From: Paramoeba atlantica
Taxonomy: Eukaryota > Protista > Discosea
Reading direction: 5' to 3'
DNA: 64,000 nt
NCBI GenBank assembly: GCA_977017575.1
Contig: CDRNVI010000030.1
Location: 1,116,001-1,180,000 of the forward strand
The position numbers and the translations under genes are program-made. Below the pieces are notes generated by a model. It made no database searches. It was not told the DNA's origin and saw nothing but the letters and a program-made list of their open reading frames with translations. The first letter of the stretch is position 1, and each line of letters starts with the position of its first letter. This document shows, in pieces, positions 1 to 10,235 of this stretch.

Positions 1-514
1 TACGTCAATTCAACAGGAACATGGTGAGTCTCTAATTGCACATCTTATGTCGGATGAAAGCTTTCAGGAAAAAGAAAACGCGCTAAATGTTCCTGCCGTG
101 CTAGACGAATTTGAAAGGGCCAAGCAAGCCAAGGTGAGGGCTACCCCTGTACTGGGAGGAGTTGCACGATGGATTTCCGATAAATTCACTTCCGTTGAGT
201 ATATCGCGCAAAAAGCACCGACAATTGCAAAATTTGTGGTGGAAATTTGCGCCAAGAACAGGGCTCCACCGTCTTCGATCGAACAGTACTGGGTAATTCT
301 AAAAGAAGAGGGGGCCATTGACGCGATCGCGGTGGAAGGGCATCGATTCCTTAAGCAATGCGGACCTATTCGTGACGTTCTGAAGCATTTTTCGGATGTA
401 CCAGCGTTTCCAACAGTAGCTCGCGTTTCGAGCGCGTTGAATGAACTCGAGGCATACCTACAAACGGAACCCATCATATTAGAAGCCTTTCAGCGTCATC
501 GATCCCGATCGTAA
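1..514 (+). CDS. Hypothetical protein, probably the 3' part of a plus-strand gene running in from the window edge
   Basis: ORF track 47..514; the same frame has no stop from position 2 to the ATG at 47; globular-looking composition; no motif recognised. Confidence 0.4.
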   Translation, partial: TSIQQEHGESLIAHLMSDESFQEKENALNVPAVLDEFERAKQAKVRATPVLGGVARWISDKFTSVEYIAQKAPTIAKFVVEICAKNRAPPSSIEQYWVILKEEGAIDAIAVEGHRFLKQCGPIRDVLKHFSDVPAFPTVARVSSALNELEAYLQTEPIILEAFQRHRSRS

Positions 515-642
515 AGGAAATTTTGAAACCAGAGAGTAAAAACAGCTCCGGAAGGCAATAAGGAAAGCCTTTGCGATACTTAGCGTCATCCTTATCGACG
601 CCGAGTCTTAAATTGTATAATTCAGTTCCTTTTAATCTTCCA

Positions 643-715
643 TCGCCCCCCCCCCCCCCTTTATAGGTTCATTTGGGCAAAATCGAGGCTATTATAAACG
701 GGGGGGGGTACAGTA
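643..715. mobile_element. Mini inverted-repeat element (poly-C TTTATA ... TATAAAC poly-G TACAGTA)
   Basis: C-run 646-659 + TTTATA mirrored by TATAAACGGGGGGGGGTACAGTA (693-715); the right end resembles TAAACGGGGGGGACAATA after the pogo relic (34649-34666). Confidence 0.45.
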
Positions 716-774
716 AAACGAAGTGAAGCAAACATGTTAATGTCACTGCACTCCTAAATGACTGCCTCGTGCCA

Positions 775-1428
775 TCAAGATAATCTAAGAATACTTCGGA
801 CTCTTCGCCCTAATCGGGTGAACCAAGATGCATCTGCCAAGGCGTCATTTTTTCTCTTCAGCCGCACGTCAACTTGAACAATGGGATTCGTTTCCAAATA
901 ACCGAAATATAGACTATATGGCTTCATATCGAACAAAGAAGTATCAATAGGACAGTGTACCATTTCATAGTCTTCATTTCTCGACCTCAAGCATACTATT
1001 CGACGAGATATATCTCGCATTGAAAGATCGCCTTCTAGTGTGTCATCCGTCAAATTTGTTGTGCGAAACCTAATGGTGGGATGCTTTCTAGCGTCCAGAA
1101 CGTAGCTCGAGATGATTTCATAATCAAGAGCAGCTTTCTGGGCTTCAGACAATGGAGTATATTCACTATTCGGTCGCCACGAGTTATGAGAGTTCGCCAC
1201 TTCGTGTAGGGAGCCTACATTCTTTTGGGTAGAAGAGTCCGGGATCGCCCCTAGCGTACGTAAAGAAAAAGTGTCGAACCAGGCCTCCGGCAGTCCCCTT
1301 ACTTTGGATATGTCTATGGAAAAGTTCTTGCAAGCTATCCTAAAGTTATTACCCCAACTTGCCAGTCTGCCTTGCTTAAATACGGACACCTCCACTTCTG
1401 CTTCGGGGTATATCCAATTCGTAGTCAT
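775..1428 (-). CDS. YceI-like lipid/polyisoprenoid-binding protein
   Basis: VLDARKHPTIRFRTT...LEGDLSMRDISRRI matches the YceI core (xLDAxxxPTIxFxS...LxGxLTIxGxxxxV); VFKQGRL..F and D..LFDMKPYS..FG.L resemble bacterial YceI-like proteins; first true ATG is 1428 (ORF-track start 1587 is TTG). Confidence 0.65.
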   Translation of the reverse strand: MTTNWIYPEAEVEVSVFKQGRLASWGNNFRIACKNFSIDISKVRGLPEAWFDTFSLRTLGAIPDSSTQKNVGSLHEVANSHNSWRPNSEYTPLSEAQKAALDYEIISSYVLDARKHPTIRFRTTNLTDDTLEGDLSMRDISRRIVCLRSRNEDYEMVHCPIDTSLFDMKPYSLYFGYLETNPIVQVDVRLKRKNDALADASWFTRLGRRVRSILRLS

Positions 1429-1782
1429 AAATAAAGAAGCCAAAAAACAAGAGACGTAACAAGAAAATCTGTACCATATTGAATGAAGCTCACTAGTACG
1501 GATACACAGGCGGGGTAAGTAATGACACACAACATTAATTCGACGAAACGCTTCTGAAAAAAAATGTTGCTCACCTCTAGGCCTCAAGGCCTAGAATGTG
1601 ACCATGCCAAACATCAGTTCCCTTCTATTCACATCGTTTTCGAGGCATTCAATCCACTTGAATCTACACGTTAAAAACAACATGTGGAGATCATAGAACT
1701 ATAAAACAATGGTCTTGAAAATCCAAGTGTGTCTGGAGTGATAGTATGCGAGAAGAATTTCGTAAGAACATTCCGCCTGGTA

Positions 1783-4700
1783 TTACCTAGGCCATGAGTG
1801 TTCTGTGCCATGCGGCGGGGTAGCCTCGTGAGGACCTATTTTATATTCCTGCGTGGGCTTCTCCGTCCTAAATTTATACTCCGGACTTCCCCATCGTTCC
1901 ACCGGCTGGTCTCGCTTCATCGACTCCACAGTCTGGAGTTTGTGTTGAACGTTCCGCGCGGCTAGCTGGTAGCAATAGTTAATCGTCCGCAGGTACTTCC
2001 CTCCCCAGGAGGCAAACCCATGCACGCTGTGCTGACGCTCCTCTACCCCTTGCCGGACCTTTTCATACAGCGGAGCCAGCTTGGCGTGTGCCAGAAAGTT
2101 TAGCCGGGTGTGAGCGTTGTGCATGGCCCCTAGAAGCGCTTTCTGTGCCTCCGCAATCCCCAGACTCCCTTCAGAAGTATTATTCAAACGGAGGTCGGTG
2201 ACAATTCCGGAGCCGTCCACCTCCGCCACCGCAAGGGCTTGTCCAACAGCATGCTCGTAATCCCCCCTCGCGGACAGACTGGTCACCTTGTCCTGGGCGT
2301 ACCACACAGGGCCGTTCAGGTTTCGCATATCTACGTCCTCCTGTTCGAGTTCGTCATAAATCCACCACCCCGACTCGGAACCCTCAAAGGATCGAGTAAA
2401 CAGCGCGCGGCGTCGGGACATCCACTCATCGAGCAGTAACCCGGGATGAAGCTGCTCATGTACGGCAAACAACGACCGTTCCGTGTCGATCTCATCCTCG
2501 GAGATGCCGCGGACGTTGGGATCCTCCACACCCACCGCAGAGCGCAATGTCTGTGCAACATACGCCATACTCACCCCCCCCTGCGGAGTCACGCGTTGTC
2601 CGAGCTCAAATTCCTGATCAATCGGGATATCATACTCCCGGGAACGTAAAAACCGCACCAGTCCGGGAAGCTCTTGCTTCGGAAAAAACTCCTCATCCAC
2701 AAGTGTATCCCCGACCCCCTCCTTAATATCCTGCTCCAAGGCATCCTGCACCACAAAAGCCTCGGAATGGCCCTCCACACAACATGCGGGGTGTCGCGTT
2801 GGGGTGACACTCCTACGGTAGGCTCGTATCCGAATCCGGTATGTCCCCCCAGGCAACGGGCTCGGGTCCCCCCCAAGCCCTCGCCCCACATACGGCAGCA
2901 GCACCTCCACACGCGGTTCCCCCGTGAGCTCCACGTTATCGTGCAATACCGCCGCAAACACCCAGCCCTCGTGTTCCGTGTCGTCGGGGTGCTGGTCGGA
3001 GTCCACAAAGGACTGCGTTAATCTCATGTCCTCTTCGGGTTCTGTGTCGTCCAGCAATCCCACAGAGGGGTCCGTGAGATACGCATGGGCAGCATCACAC
3101 GCAGCCGGGCGGCGTAACACGTGCTGACAGAACCACAGGGTGTACCAGGAGACGTCCCGTAGCCGGGGGTCTTGCGCACACAGCGCTGTGGCCTCGGAGT
3201 GGGTCGCGGCGGAGGCTGCGCGGTCCTTTGGAGTTTTCTTTCGCCACAGGGTGAGCTCGAGAGTTGCTTTTTGTCGTCGATGGAACGCGGCAAGGATGCG
3301 ATCCTTGCCGGAAGGGGGGAGGGGGGTGTCGAGCTCTGGGGGATGCCAGTGGAAGGCGATGGTGGCCTTGGTGCCGAGTTTCCAAGCCAGCGCGGGGTGG
3401 TCCCCGGTGGAGGTACGTCGTAGGGAAATATCCGTGAGGGGACCCCCACTCTCGGTGGAGGCAGCAAACTCCTCACGGGCCCTTTCTAGGTAGCGTCGCC
3501 GGAGTTTTCCCAGTCTCGAGCGAGCGGAGCGTAGCACCTTTGCGAGGTTTTCTTCCCAATCGACCATTTGTACTGACGAGGCACTCTCTTTGGAGTGGTC
3601 TTCCAGGGCATCCACTCCGGCCTCGGCCATAATGTCAGCGTGGCTCTGCCGATAGGTAAAAGGGGATGAGTAGTCAATAGCGTCCGCATGGGGACGTGAT
3701 AGGAAATACGCCTTCGCTAAGGCACGGACCTGCGTGGGCGTTCCATGTTGGAAAACGTACTCCCTACTTCCGTTGGGTGTGTGCTGGACGTAATTTCCTG
3801 AACCAAAGAACGTCCAATTGAGTTTGCACCAGATTTCATTCATACTCGGAATGATGGTTCCGCTTCCGAAGTCAAATGTGCTCTTGCGTAGGCTGTCCAA
3901 AAGCGCTTTTACAATTACATCCTCTGCTCCTGCGTTCTCGCATCGTACCCGTTGCCATGAGCGTGCAAAGCGCAGCTTGTGGGCATAGGTGGTGTACATG
4001 TGTTCACGCTGCATTTCATTCACGCGTTCATAGGTAGACCAGTACTCGTTGAGAGTAAAGGAACATCCAGGAATCGTTTCATTTAACATTGCGGTTATGG
4101 ACTCGTGTTCCGACTTCCACTCGGGCGTTGTGTCTCTTGGATCCGTAGGGTCAAAAGATCCTTCTAGAATTCGGATTTCTTCAAGCGAACGTTCATGGAG
4201 ACACATCTGAATTTGCTCCTCCTCTGTCATTATTGACCAAGCCTTTCGTATATTCTTTTCTATTTGTCTGATGCGTCTATTAGCATAAATGTCATGAACC
4301 TTCGAATATTGCGACGCTATGCGATCTGCAATAAACGCCCAACTTTTGGCTCTTTCAATATCTTTACTCAGCATTGCAACGAAATCCTTGCGCTCGTCAT
4401 TTAAAGGCTTTACACGATAACAAAAATCTTTAAGTTCCGCGCCATCGTAGTATGCAAACGCAGAGAGATTCAAATTTGAGTGAGGTTGATCGCCTTGAGA
4501 GTTTCTCGCAGTAGACCAAAACTGGTAAAGCTTTTCAGCATCCGCGTTTTCTAAAAGGTGTTCGAAATCCTTCATATGACGAGGCCTTGTGCCGAGTAGT
4601 CTATCAATACCCTTCGCGGTTTCCTGAAAAGTGGGGCAGTCTTCCCATCGTGTAGCTTCTAGATCAGCAGGATCTGCTAAAGGCGTTTTTTCATCACCCG

Positions 4701-5196
4701 CAAAACTCAGTTTTCCTACGTCGCTTGGGGCTCGGGAATGCTGTCGCATGTCCATTAAAATGCGTTCTTTGAAAATGCGCCGGTAAAAATCTTTAGATTG
4801 TTTGCGATGAGATTCGTCAGGACTGGCAAGATCCGTTCCAAGAAAGTCCTCACGCAGGATGTTGCGTCGGCGAGTAATTTCTTCGGGTGTTAGTGAGAGT
4901 GGGGCATCCACTACAGGATCCTTACCCACTTGAAGCCATCGTGCTATAACTTGATCTCGTGAGAGTCCGAAACCTGACCCCTCCGGACCCCAGGAAAGGC
5001 TGTGGTCCATATCCGTAGCCAGACTTTTAATAATGTTCACGGGTGGCTCTTTTTCCTTCGCGTCTGCATCCGCCGGGGATGTGGTAGATGTGGAGCACCA
5101 GCGACTCTCCCTTGATAGTGTACCTAGTGGAGACGAAGGCGCGCAATGATGCACCAAACTTCTCTCTCTGCGTTGCACAAAGCGTCTTATACTCAT
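1783..5196 (-). CDS. Large protein (1137 aa) with mitochondrial-type presequence; possibly a kinetoplastid mitoribosome/mt-RNA factor
   Basis: Long uninterrupted ORF; N-terminus Arg/Ser-rich and acid-poor (MSIRRFVQRR...SRWCST); family not identified. Confidence 0.75.
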   Translation of the reverse strand: MSIRRFVQRRERSLVHHCAPSSPLGTLSRESRWCSTSTTSPADADAKEKEPPVNIIKSLATDMDHSLSWGPEGSGFGLSRDQVIARWLQVGKDPVVDAPLSLTPEEITRRRNILREDFLGTDLASPDESHRKQSKDFYRRIFKERILMDMRQHSRAPSDVGKLSFAGDEKTPLADPADLEATRWEDCPTFQETAKGIDRLLGTRPRHMKDFEHLLENADAEKLYQFWSTARNSQGDQPHSNLNLSAFAYYDGAELKDFCYRVKPLNDERKDFVAMLSKDIERAKSWAFIADRIASQYSKVHDIYANRRIRQIEKNIRKAWSIMTEEEQIQMCLHERSLEEIRILEGSFDPTDPRDTTPEWKSEHESITAMLNETIPGCSFTLNEYWSTYERVNEMQREHMYTTYAHKLRFARSWQRVRCENAGAEDVIVKALLDSLRKSTFDFGSGTIIPSMNEIWCKLNWTFFGSGNYVQHTPNGSREYVFQHGTPTQVRALAKAYFLSRPHADAIDYSSPFTYRQSHADIMAEAGVDALEDHSKESASSVQMVDWEENLAKVLRSARSRLGKLRRRYLERAREEFAASTESGGPLTDISLRRTSTGDHPALAWKLGTKATIAFHWHPPELDTPLPPSGKDRILAAFHRRQKATLELTLWRKKTPKDRAASAATHSEATALCAQDPRLRDVSWYTLWFCQHVLRRPAACDAAHAYLTDPSVGLLDDTEPEEDMRLTQSFVDSDQHPDDTEHEGWVFAAVLHDNVELTGEPRVEVLLPYVGRGLGGDPSPLPGGTYRIRIRAYRRSVTPTRHPACCVEGHSEAFVVQDALEQDIKEGVGDTLVDEEFFPKQELPGLVRFLRSREYDIPIDQEFELGQRVTPQGGVSMAYVAQTLRSAVGVEDPNVRGISEDEIDTERSLFAVHEQLHPGLLLDEWMSRRRALFTRSFEGSESGWWIYDELEQEDVDMRNLNGPVWYAQDKVTSLSARGDYEHAVGQALAVAEVDGSGIVTDLRLNNTSEGSLGIAEAQKALLGAMHNAHTRLNFLAHAKLAPLYEKVRQGVEERQHSVHGFASWGGKYLRTINYCYQLAARNVQHKLQTVESMKRDQPVERWGSPEYKFRTEKPTQEYKIGPHEATPPHGTEHSWPR

Positions 5197-5622
5197 GAGT
5201 AATATTTCTATACTCTAATAAATGTAATAAAAGATTGAAATATATTTATAAACATAATGAGTATGTACACATGTGCATAGTATAGTTTCAATACTACAGG
5301 TATTTCATTGGCTCCCAACCTTGTCAGCTGTAGTGTATTCCTAGTATGGGAGAACGCAGTATAGAAGAACCCTTCGTAATGTACACCAAAAATAAAGGCA
5401 AAAACCAATGAGTCACCAAGTTATTATGAACAAGTCGAAGAAAAAGAAAAGAGAAACAGCAAGCAAGAAACGAGGTGAGACAGAAAAATAAAACTACGCA
5501 AGCAGCAAAACAATAATTTTTAATTAGCTTTTATCGATTAAAAGTAGGAAAACTTACTGTACTAAAGCAAAATCCTATACTCTCGTGCCCTCCGTCGCTG
5601 AGCGCAGTTCCTCGCTTGCTCC

Positions 5623-7530
5623 TTAGCTTGCTTTCCTTCCAATACGAAACATCCTCCGGACACCCCATGGAAGAACCACACCCACAACCAACACAACCCC
5701 CACAATCGTAATGGAGTACCTCACTACCCTGCGCACCACCCCACCCGCTACTTTACACAACGGGTTGTACCACGGACAAGACCCTCTCCTGCGAGACCCC
5801 TTCTCCTTCGCCACAACATACTCCACCCGGTCAAACCGAACCGGAGCTTGCAACTGTGGCATTTTCGGAGTTATTCCCTCACTTTCCCACCGCAGTGTAG
5901 CCTGACAGTAGTCCTCCCCCTCCACAAAGACATGTAAAAAACACGTCTGTGTCCCCGCGGGTCCGAGGGTGAGACTTAACTCCACCTCAGCCTCCTCCCC
6001 GGGCCCGAGGCTTTGGTAAACCGCAGGGGTGCGTACCGTACTACTGGCATTACACCCCATAGTGAGCGACCCGGCAGTGTCCTTCTCAAGGTTACGTACC
6101 CTCACTTTTAACACCCCCCGGCCCTGGGCAAAGCCATGGCCATGGGGAGTCATAGTAGTACTCACCGTATTCGTACTCTTAGTCGTAGGACTCGTAGCCG
6201 TAGGACTCGTAGTCGTAGGACTCGTAGCCGTAGGACTCGTAGTCGCAGGACTCGTAGCCGTAGGAATCGTAGTCGTGGGACTCGTACTCGTAGGAATTGT
6301 ACTCGTAGGACTCGTACTCGTAGGAATCGTATTCGTAGGACTCGTAGTCCCACTACCCGTACTCACAGGACGCGTAGTCCCCCTCCTTGTCCCCCTCCCC
6401 ACGGTAGCCCCCACCAAGACCACGTGCATGCGGCCGGAGCCTACGGCATGGATCTCGGTGAGGTGCTCGGTGGCATCAATCGTGAGGGTGACCAGGGAGG
6501 TGTGCCGCTGGGGGGGCAGCCCGTAGCTGAGGGCGTTGTCCCCGTGGCGGTACCCCAGGAAGGGGCCGAAGTCCGCGGGGAAGAACGAGGTGGTGTTGCC
6601 CACCCGCGCGGAGGCGGTGGCCTCGGAGAGGAGGTCGGCGAGTTGGTTGTGGAGACCGTGCCCGGCGGGGGCACGGCAGCGCTCGGGTTGGTGGACGTAG
6701 GCGGTGGGGGAGACACCGATTTTGTTGCACTGGGAGCCGTCCAGGGAGAATTTGGTTTTGTCAATCAGCGCGGGGTTGGTGCCGTTTTGGGAGACGACGA
6801 AAAATTTGTCGGAGAAGGTGGGGGGGTGGACGGGGGTCGCAAAGTCAGCGTGGTACTCTAAGGTGAGGTTTTCTCTTCGTACGGTCGGGGTGGAGGTGCT
6901 GACCTGAATGAATTCGCGCCAAGTGGTGGACAGATTCGCTGCAAGGGAGATCGTGGATTCGATTTGCGGGGGTTGAACCTCAAAGACGTGATACCAGGTG
7001 TGGTTGTACCGTAGACAGGTCACCAGAGAGCGCATGGTACCCATCCGGCAGCGGAGATCTCCGCGAAACAGTCGTGGGGGACAGAGACCGGCAACCGCAC
7101 AGGCCGAACACCGGCAGCAAAACCCATGGCGTGAGCCACACATTTCCTCTACTACCCTATCACAGTCTATGACATTGGTGAGGATGTGAGTCTCATACGG
7201 CGCCGCATCCACAGTTTGCTGATAGACGAGGGGGTAATGCAAAACCACCGCAGGCTTTTTAAGAGATAACTCAATGGGAGAACGAAATTGGCGAGAGACA
7301 CCACTGGAGGTATCCGTCGCCTTGGTGAGCAGAAAAGTCTCCGTTCCGTAAATGGCGCCTTCCTCCACAGAAAGGGTAACTTTGAGTAGGTGTCGCAACT
7401 TGCTAGGGGTTTTCTTATCCAAGACCGACGTAACGGAGGTCGCAACAATAGGGCACTTCGCGAAAGAAAGGTGTGTCGCAAGGACACACAATATCAACAA
7501 AGGTGGGGGACTATTTGATTTTTCACCCAT
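5623..7530 (-). CDS. HAP2: HAP2/GCS1 gamete fusogen (class II fusion protein)
   Basis: Signal peptide after M at 7530; CCRCS fusion-loop cysteines; HAP2-GCS1 motif CNKIGVSP.AY..QP..C.....xLHNQL; C-terminal TM (YSITIVGVVLVVGVVLPWG) and basic tail. Confidence 0.9.
   Translation of the reverse strand: MGEKSNSPPPLLILCVLATHLSFAKCPIVATSVTSVLDKKTPSKLRHLLKVTLSVEEGAIYGTETFLLTKATDTSSGVSRQFRSPIELSLKKPAVVLHYPLVYQQTVDAAPYETHILTNVIDCDRVVEEMCGSRHGFCCRCSACAVAGLCPPRLFRGDLRCRMGTMRSLVTCLRYNHTWYHVFEVQPPQIESTISLAANLSTTWREFIQVSTSTPTVRRENLTLEYHADFATPVHPPTFSDKFFVVSQNGTNPALIDKTKFSLDGSQCNKIGVSPTAYVHQPERCRAPAGHGLHNQLADLLSEATASARVGNTTSFFPADFGPFLGYRHGDNALSYGLPPQRHTSLVTLTIDATEHLTEIHAVGSGRMHVVLVGATVGRGTRRGTTRPVSTGSGTTSPTNTIPTSTSPTSTIPTSTSPTTTIPTATSPATTSPTATSPTTTSPTATSPTTKSTNTVSTTMTPHGHGFAQGRGVLKVRVRNLEKDTAGSLTMGCNASSTVRTPAVYQSLGPGEEAEVELSLTLGPAGTQTCFLHVFVEGEDYCQATLRWESEGITPKMPQLQAPVRFDRVEYVVAKEKGSRRRGSCPWYNPLCKVAGGVVRRVVRYSITIVGVVLVVGVVLPWGVRRMFRIGRKAS
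6178..6350 (-). repeat. Coding 15-bp tandem repeat (~11 units) encoding a TTSPT/ATSPT/STIPT mucin-like stretch in HAP2
   Basis: Units of ACTCGTAG(T/C)CGTAGG on the + strand; 11 pentapeptides in the translation. Confidence 0.95.
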
Positions 7531-8001
7531 TACAAGGAAATATGTATTTAAGTGAAACTGATTGAAGTACTTAAAAGTGTATAAATTACTTACACTGTTC
7601 GTATGTAAGATGTACATTTGCATTTACACCTCCCTACAACCCGGGAAACTGCCTAGTCCACAATATACTAGTACTACTTTGCGAGAGCTCTCCGATGAGC
7701 TATTATTTTCGAGGATTAGCTAAATTTTACAAAATTTAGACCCTCCCAGCATCTGCTTTGCACCCCTGTATGCCTTGCAAGAAAATATTTAACTGGAGGT
7801 GTTTGGTTACGTTGCAATCGTGAGGGTTACCAGTCCGTTTCGAACTTCGAACACCATGATTTACAATACGTATGCTTTGACACTTTATCTACTATCTCAA
7901 ACTGGGGATATCTTGACTTGCATGTGCACGCAGTTATTTTTTTAGCGGTGCTCAGCAAAATCCCATGAAACTACCCCAAGTGCTGAAAATGGTAGTGCAT
8001 A

Positions 8002-9501
8002 TTACGTTTGTGGTGCATTTTCGCTTCGTTTACCGTCGATGTAATAATATGCTGGCACCCGCATCGAACATAGCTCCTCGGAAGAAGTCGGATGCACACC
8101 AATCGTATTGTAAAAATCTTTTACTTTTGCTCCAAGACGCACAGCCACAGCTACCCCTTGAATCATTTCCGGGGTATCGGAACCTAGCAAATGTACTCCA
8201 ACGACTAACCCAGTATCGTAATCCGACACCAGTTTCATGAGGACTGCCTTGTGTGAAGCACCCGTCAGCTGGTGCATCATGGGCGTAAATCTAGTTTTGT
8301 ACACCGCAACGCGGGAAAATTTGCTTGCAGCATTCTCCTCAAGAATGCCGACAGTAGCAATGGGAGGAATAGAAAACACCGCAGATGGGATATTCGTGTG
8401 ATCTACCGGAACTTGTGAATTGCCAAACATATTACCAGCAACGCGAAATCCTTCATGAATGGCTACAGGAGTAAGATTGACTCGGTCTGTTATATCTCCC
8501 ACAGCCCAAACGTTGGCCAATGAGGTTTGACTAAATTCATTGACGTTTACAGCTCCATTTTTGGCTATATGAACACCTGCCTCTTGCAGACCTAGAGCTG
8601 CCGTACGTGGCTGTCGTCCCGTTGCACAGATAATAAGATCCAGATACCGAAAAATGTTTCCCTTATTGGTAAACACACACTTTTTTCCTGAAGTTGACTG
8701 TATCGCAGTAGCTTGTTCATTGAAATGAATTTCTACTCCCGGACATTTGCTTAATTGTGCCTTGAGCTCTTGACGACAATCAACATCAAACCCACGAAGA
8801 AATAGTTCACCGCGATAAAGCAAAATAATGTTAGGAACACCTAGCCCATGTAGAATGGAGGCGAATTCGACGGCGATGTATCCTCCCCCAATTATTAGAA
8901 CTCGGTTGGGTTGCTCAGATAAATAAAAAACTTCATTGCTTGTCACGACATGCTCAATACCCGGAATTGCAGGCTTGATAGGCCAACCACCGCAACTGAG
9001 CAAAATGTGTTCGCTCTTCACCGTGTGCTCTATAGCTGATTGTTCATTCCTTTGATCAATATCTTCTGTGATATATACACTCTTTCCGTCGCGACCAAGT
9101 GCTCCCCAACCTTGCACCAGGTCCATCTTAGCATCCTTGAACATTTCAATATAGGACTCGTTTATGCTCCGGATTGTTTTATCCTTCTTCTGCATCAGAG
9201 ATCCCCATTCAAGTTTCGGAAAAGCAGGAAAATTCCAACCAAATCCTTTGGCATCTTGAAAATTGTGATAAAAATTAGCCGCTTGTACCAAAAGCTTTTT
9301 AGGAACGCAACCAACATTGACGCACGTACCTCCAACGGCCGAGAAATGAGGCGGTCCATGAAAAATTTGTGGCTCCACAACCAGAACTTTTGCTCCGTAC
9401 AGGGTCGCACTGTAGTATGCTGCCTCCAGCCCACCAGACCCTGCACCGAGCACTATGAGATCGTACGAACGAGCAGCTGCGGCTACTAGAGGTAGAGTCA
9501 T
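8002..9501 (-). CDS. TR: Trypanothione reductase
   Basis: GAGSGG FAD motif; HGPPHFSAVGGTCVNVGCVPKKL redox disulfide with trypanothione-reductase-type flank; IGVHPTSSEELCSMR.P.YYY C-terminus. Confidence 0.93.
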   Translation of the reverse strand: MTLPLVAAAARSYDLIVLGAGSGGLEAAYYSATLYGAKVLVVEPQIFHGPPHFSAVGGTCVNVGCVPKKLLVQAANFYHNFQDAKGFGWNFPAFPKLEWGSLMQKKDKTIRSINESYIEMFKDAKMDLVQGWGALGRDGKSVYITEDIDQRNEQSAIEHTVKSEHILLSCGGWPIKPAIPGIEHVVTSNEVFYLSEQPNRVLIIGGGYIAVEFASILHGLGVPNIILLYRGELFLRGFDVDCRQELKAQLSKCPGVEIHFNEQATAIQSTSGKKCVFTNKGNIFRYLDLIICATGRQPRTAALGLQEAGVHIAKNGAVNVNEFSQTSLANVWAVGDITDRVNLTPVAIHEGFRVAGNMFGNSQVPVDHTNIPSAVFSIPPIATVGILEENAASKFSRVAVYKTRFTPMMHQLTGASHKAVLMKLVSDYDTGLVVGVHLLGSDTPEMIQGVAVAVRLGAKVKDFYNTIGVHPTSSEELCSMRVPAYYYIDGKRSENAPQT

Positions 9502-10235
9502 AAACCTTAAAATTAATTTTTAAAAGTGATACACAGAGAGGAAAAATATCTTCCTGTTAAGAAGACTTTTAGTTAAATAGTGCTAACGGCATACTAATGG
9601 CAATTACTAATGCCTATTCGGAGAGCTGCTTTCTTTCTTTTTTGCGCAACTTTTTTCCCTTTTCAGCTTCAATCACAAATCCCAATATCCGCCCCTGATT
9701 TTATCTTATACCGTCCCGTTGCTAATGCTTTTCAGCTATGTTTAAGAGTCGTCATGAGTGTACGATAGGGATAACTTTCTATATGCATCATATTAAGAGG
9801 CTAGAATTTCCGTTTGCACTATAGCTAGAGATTTACCCCCAGTATAAGAAAGGTGATCAATTTTTTTTCTTTTAGCCGCTTTATTAAGCACGCTGTTTGT
9901 TTTCAAAGTGAAATACGAGACAGTGGTGCATTCGAAATTGCAAACAACTGCCGCACTTAATGAAGCTGCCCAAAAGAAAGACTATTACATCATGAACCAT
10001 TCCGCACAGAATGGCCCAAATGATGTACAAGATTGTTTTTTCATGCAGGACAAGACCTGCAGAGATATTTAGGCCCAGTAGGGGTAGGCGCAATCAACAC
10101 TCCCATCTGGACCTTTTCGCCTTCCGCGGCGACACAGGGAAAAGCGCGGGATATCATCCCCAGGAAAGCGAAAAGAAACGGTCCCATCGGGCAAACCATG
10201 TGTAATCAAATTGCAACCGTACCGATCCTCAGTAA

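Noticed and set aside
1612-1695. Possible C/D snoRNA on the minus strand (ATGATCT...CTGA)
   Set aside because: Imperfect C box and no convincing rRNA complementarity found by eye
6029-6861. Val/Gly- or Arg/Ser-repeat ORFs
   Set aside because: Other-frame readings of the HAP2 15-bp repeat
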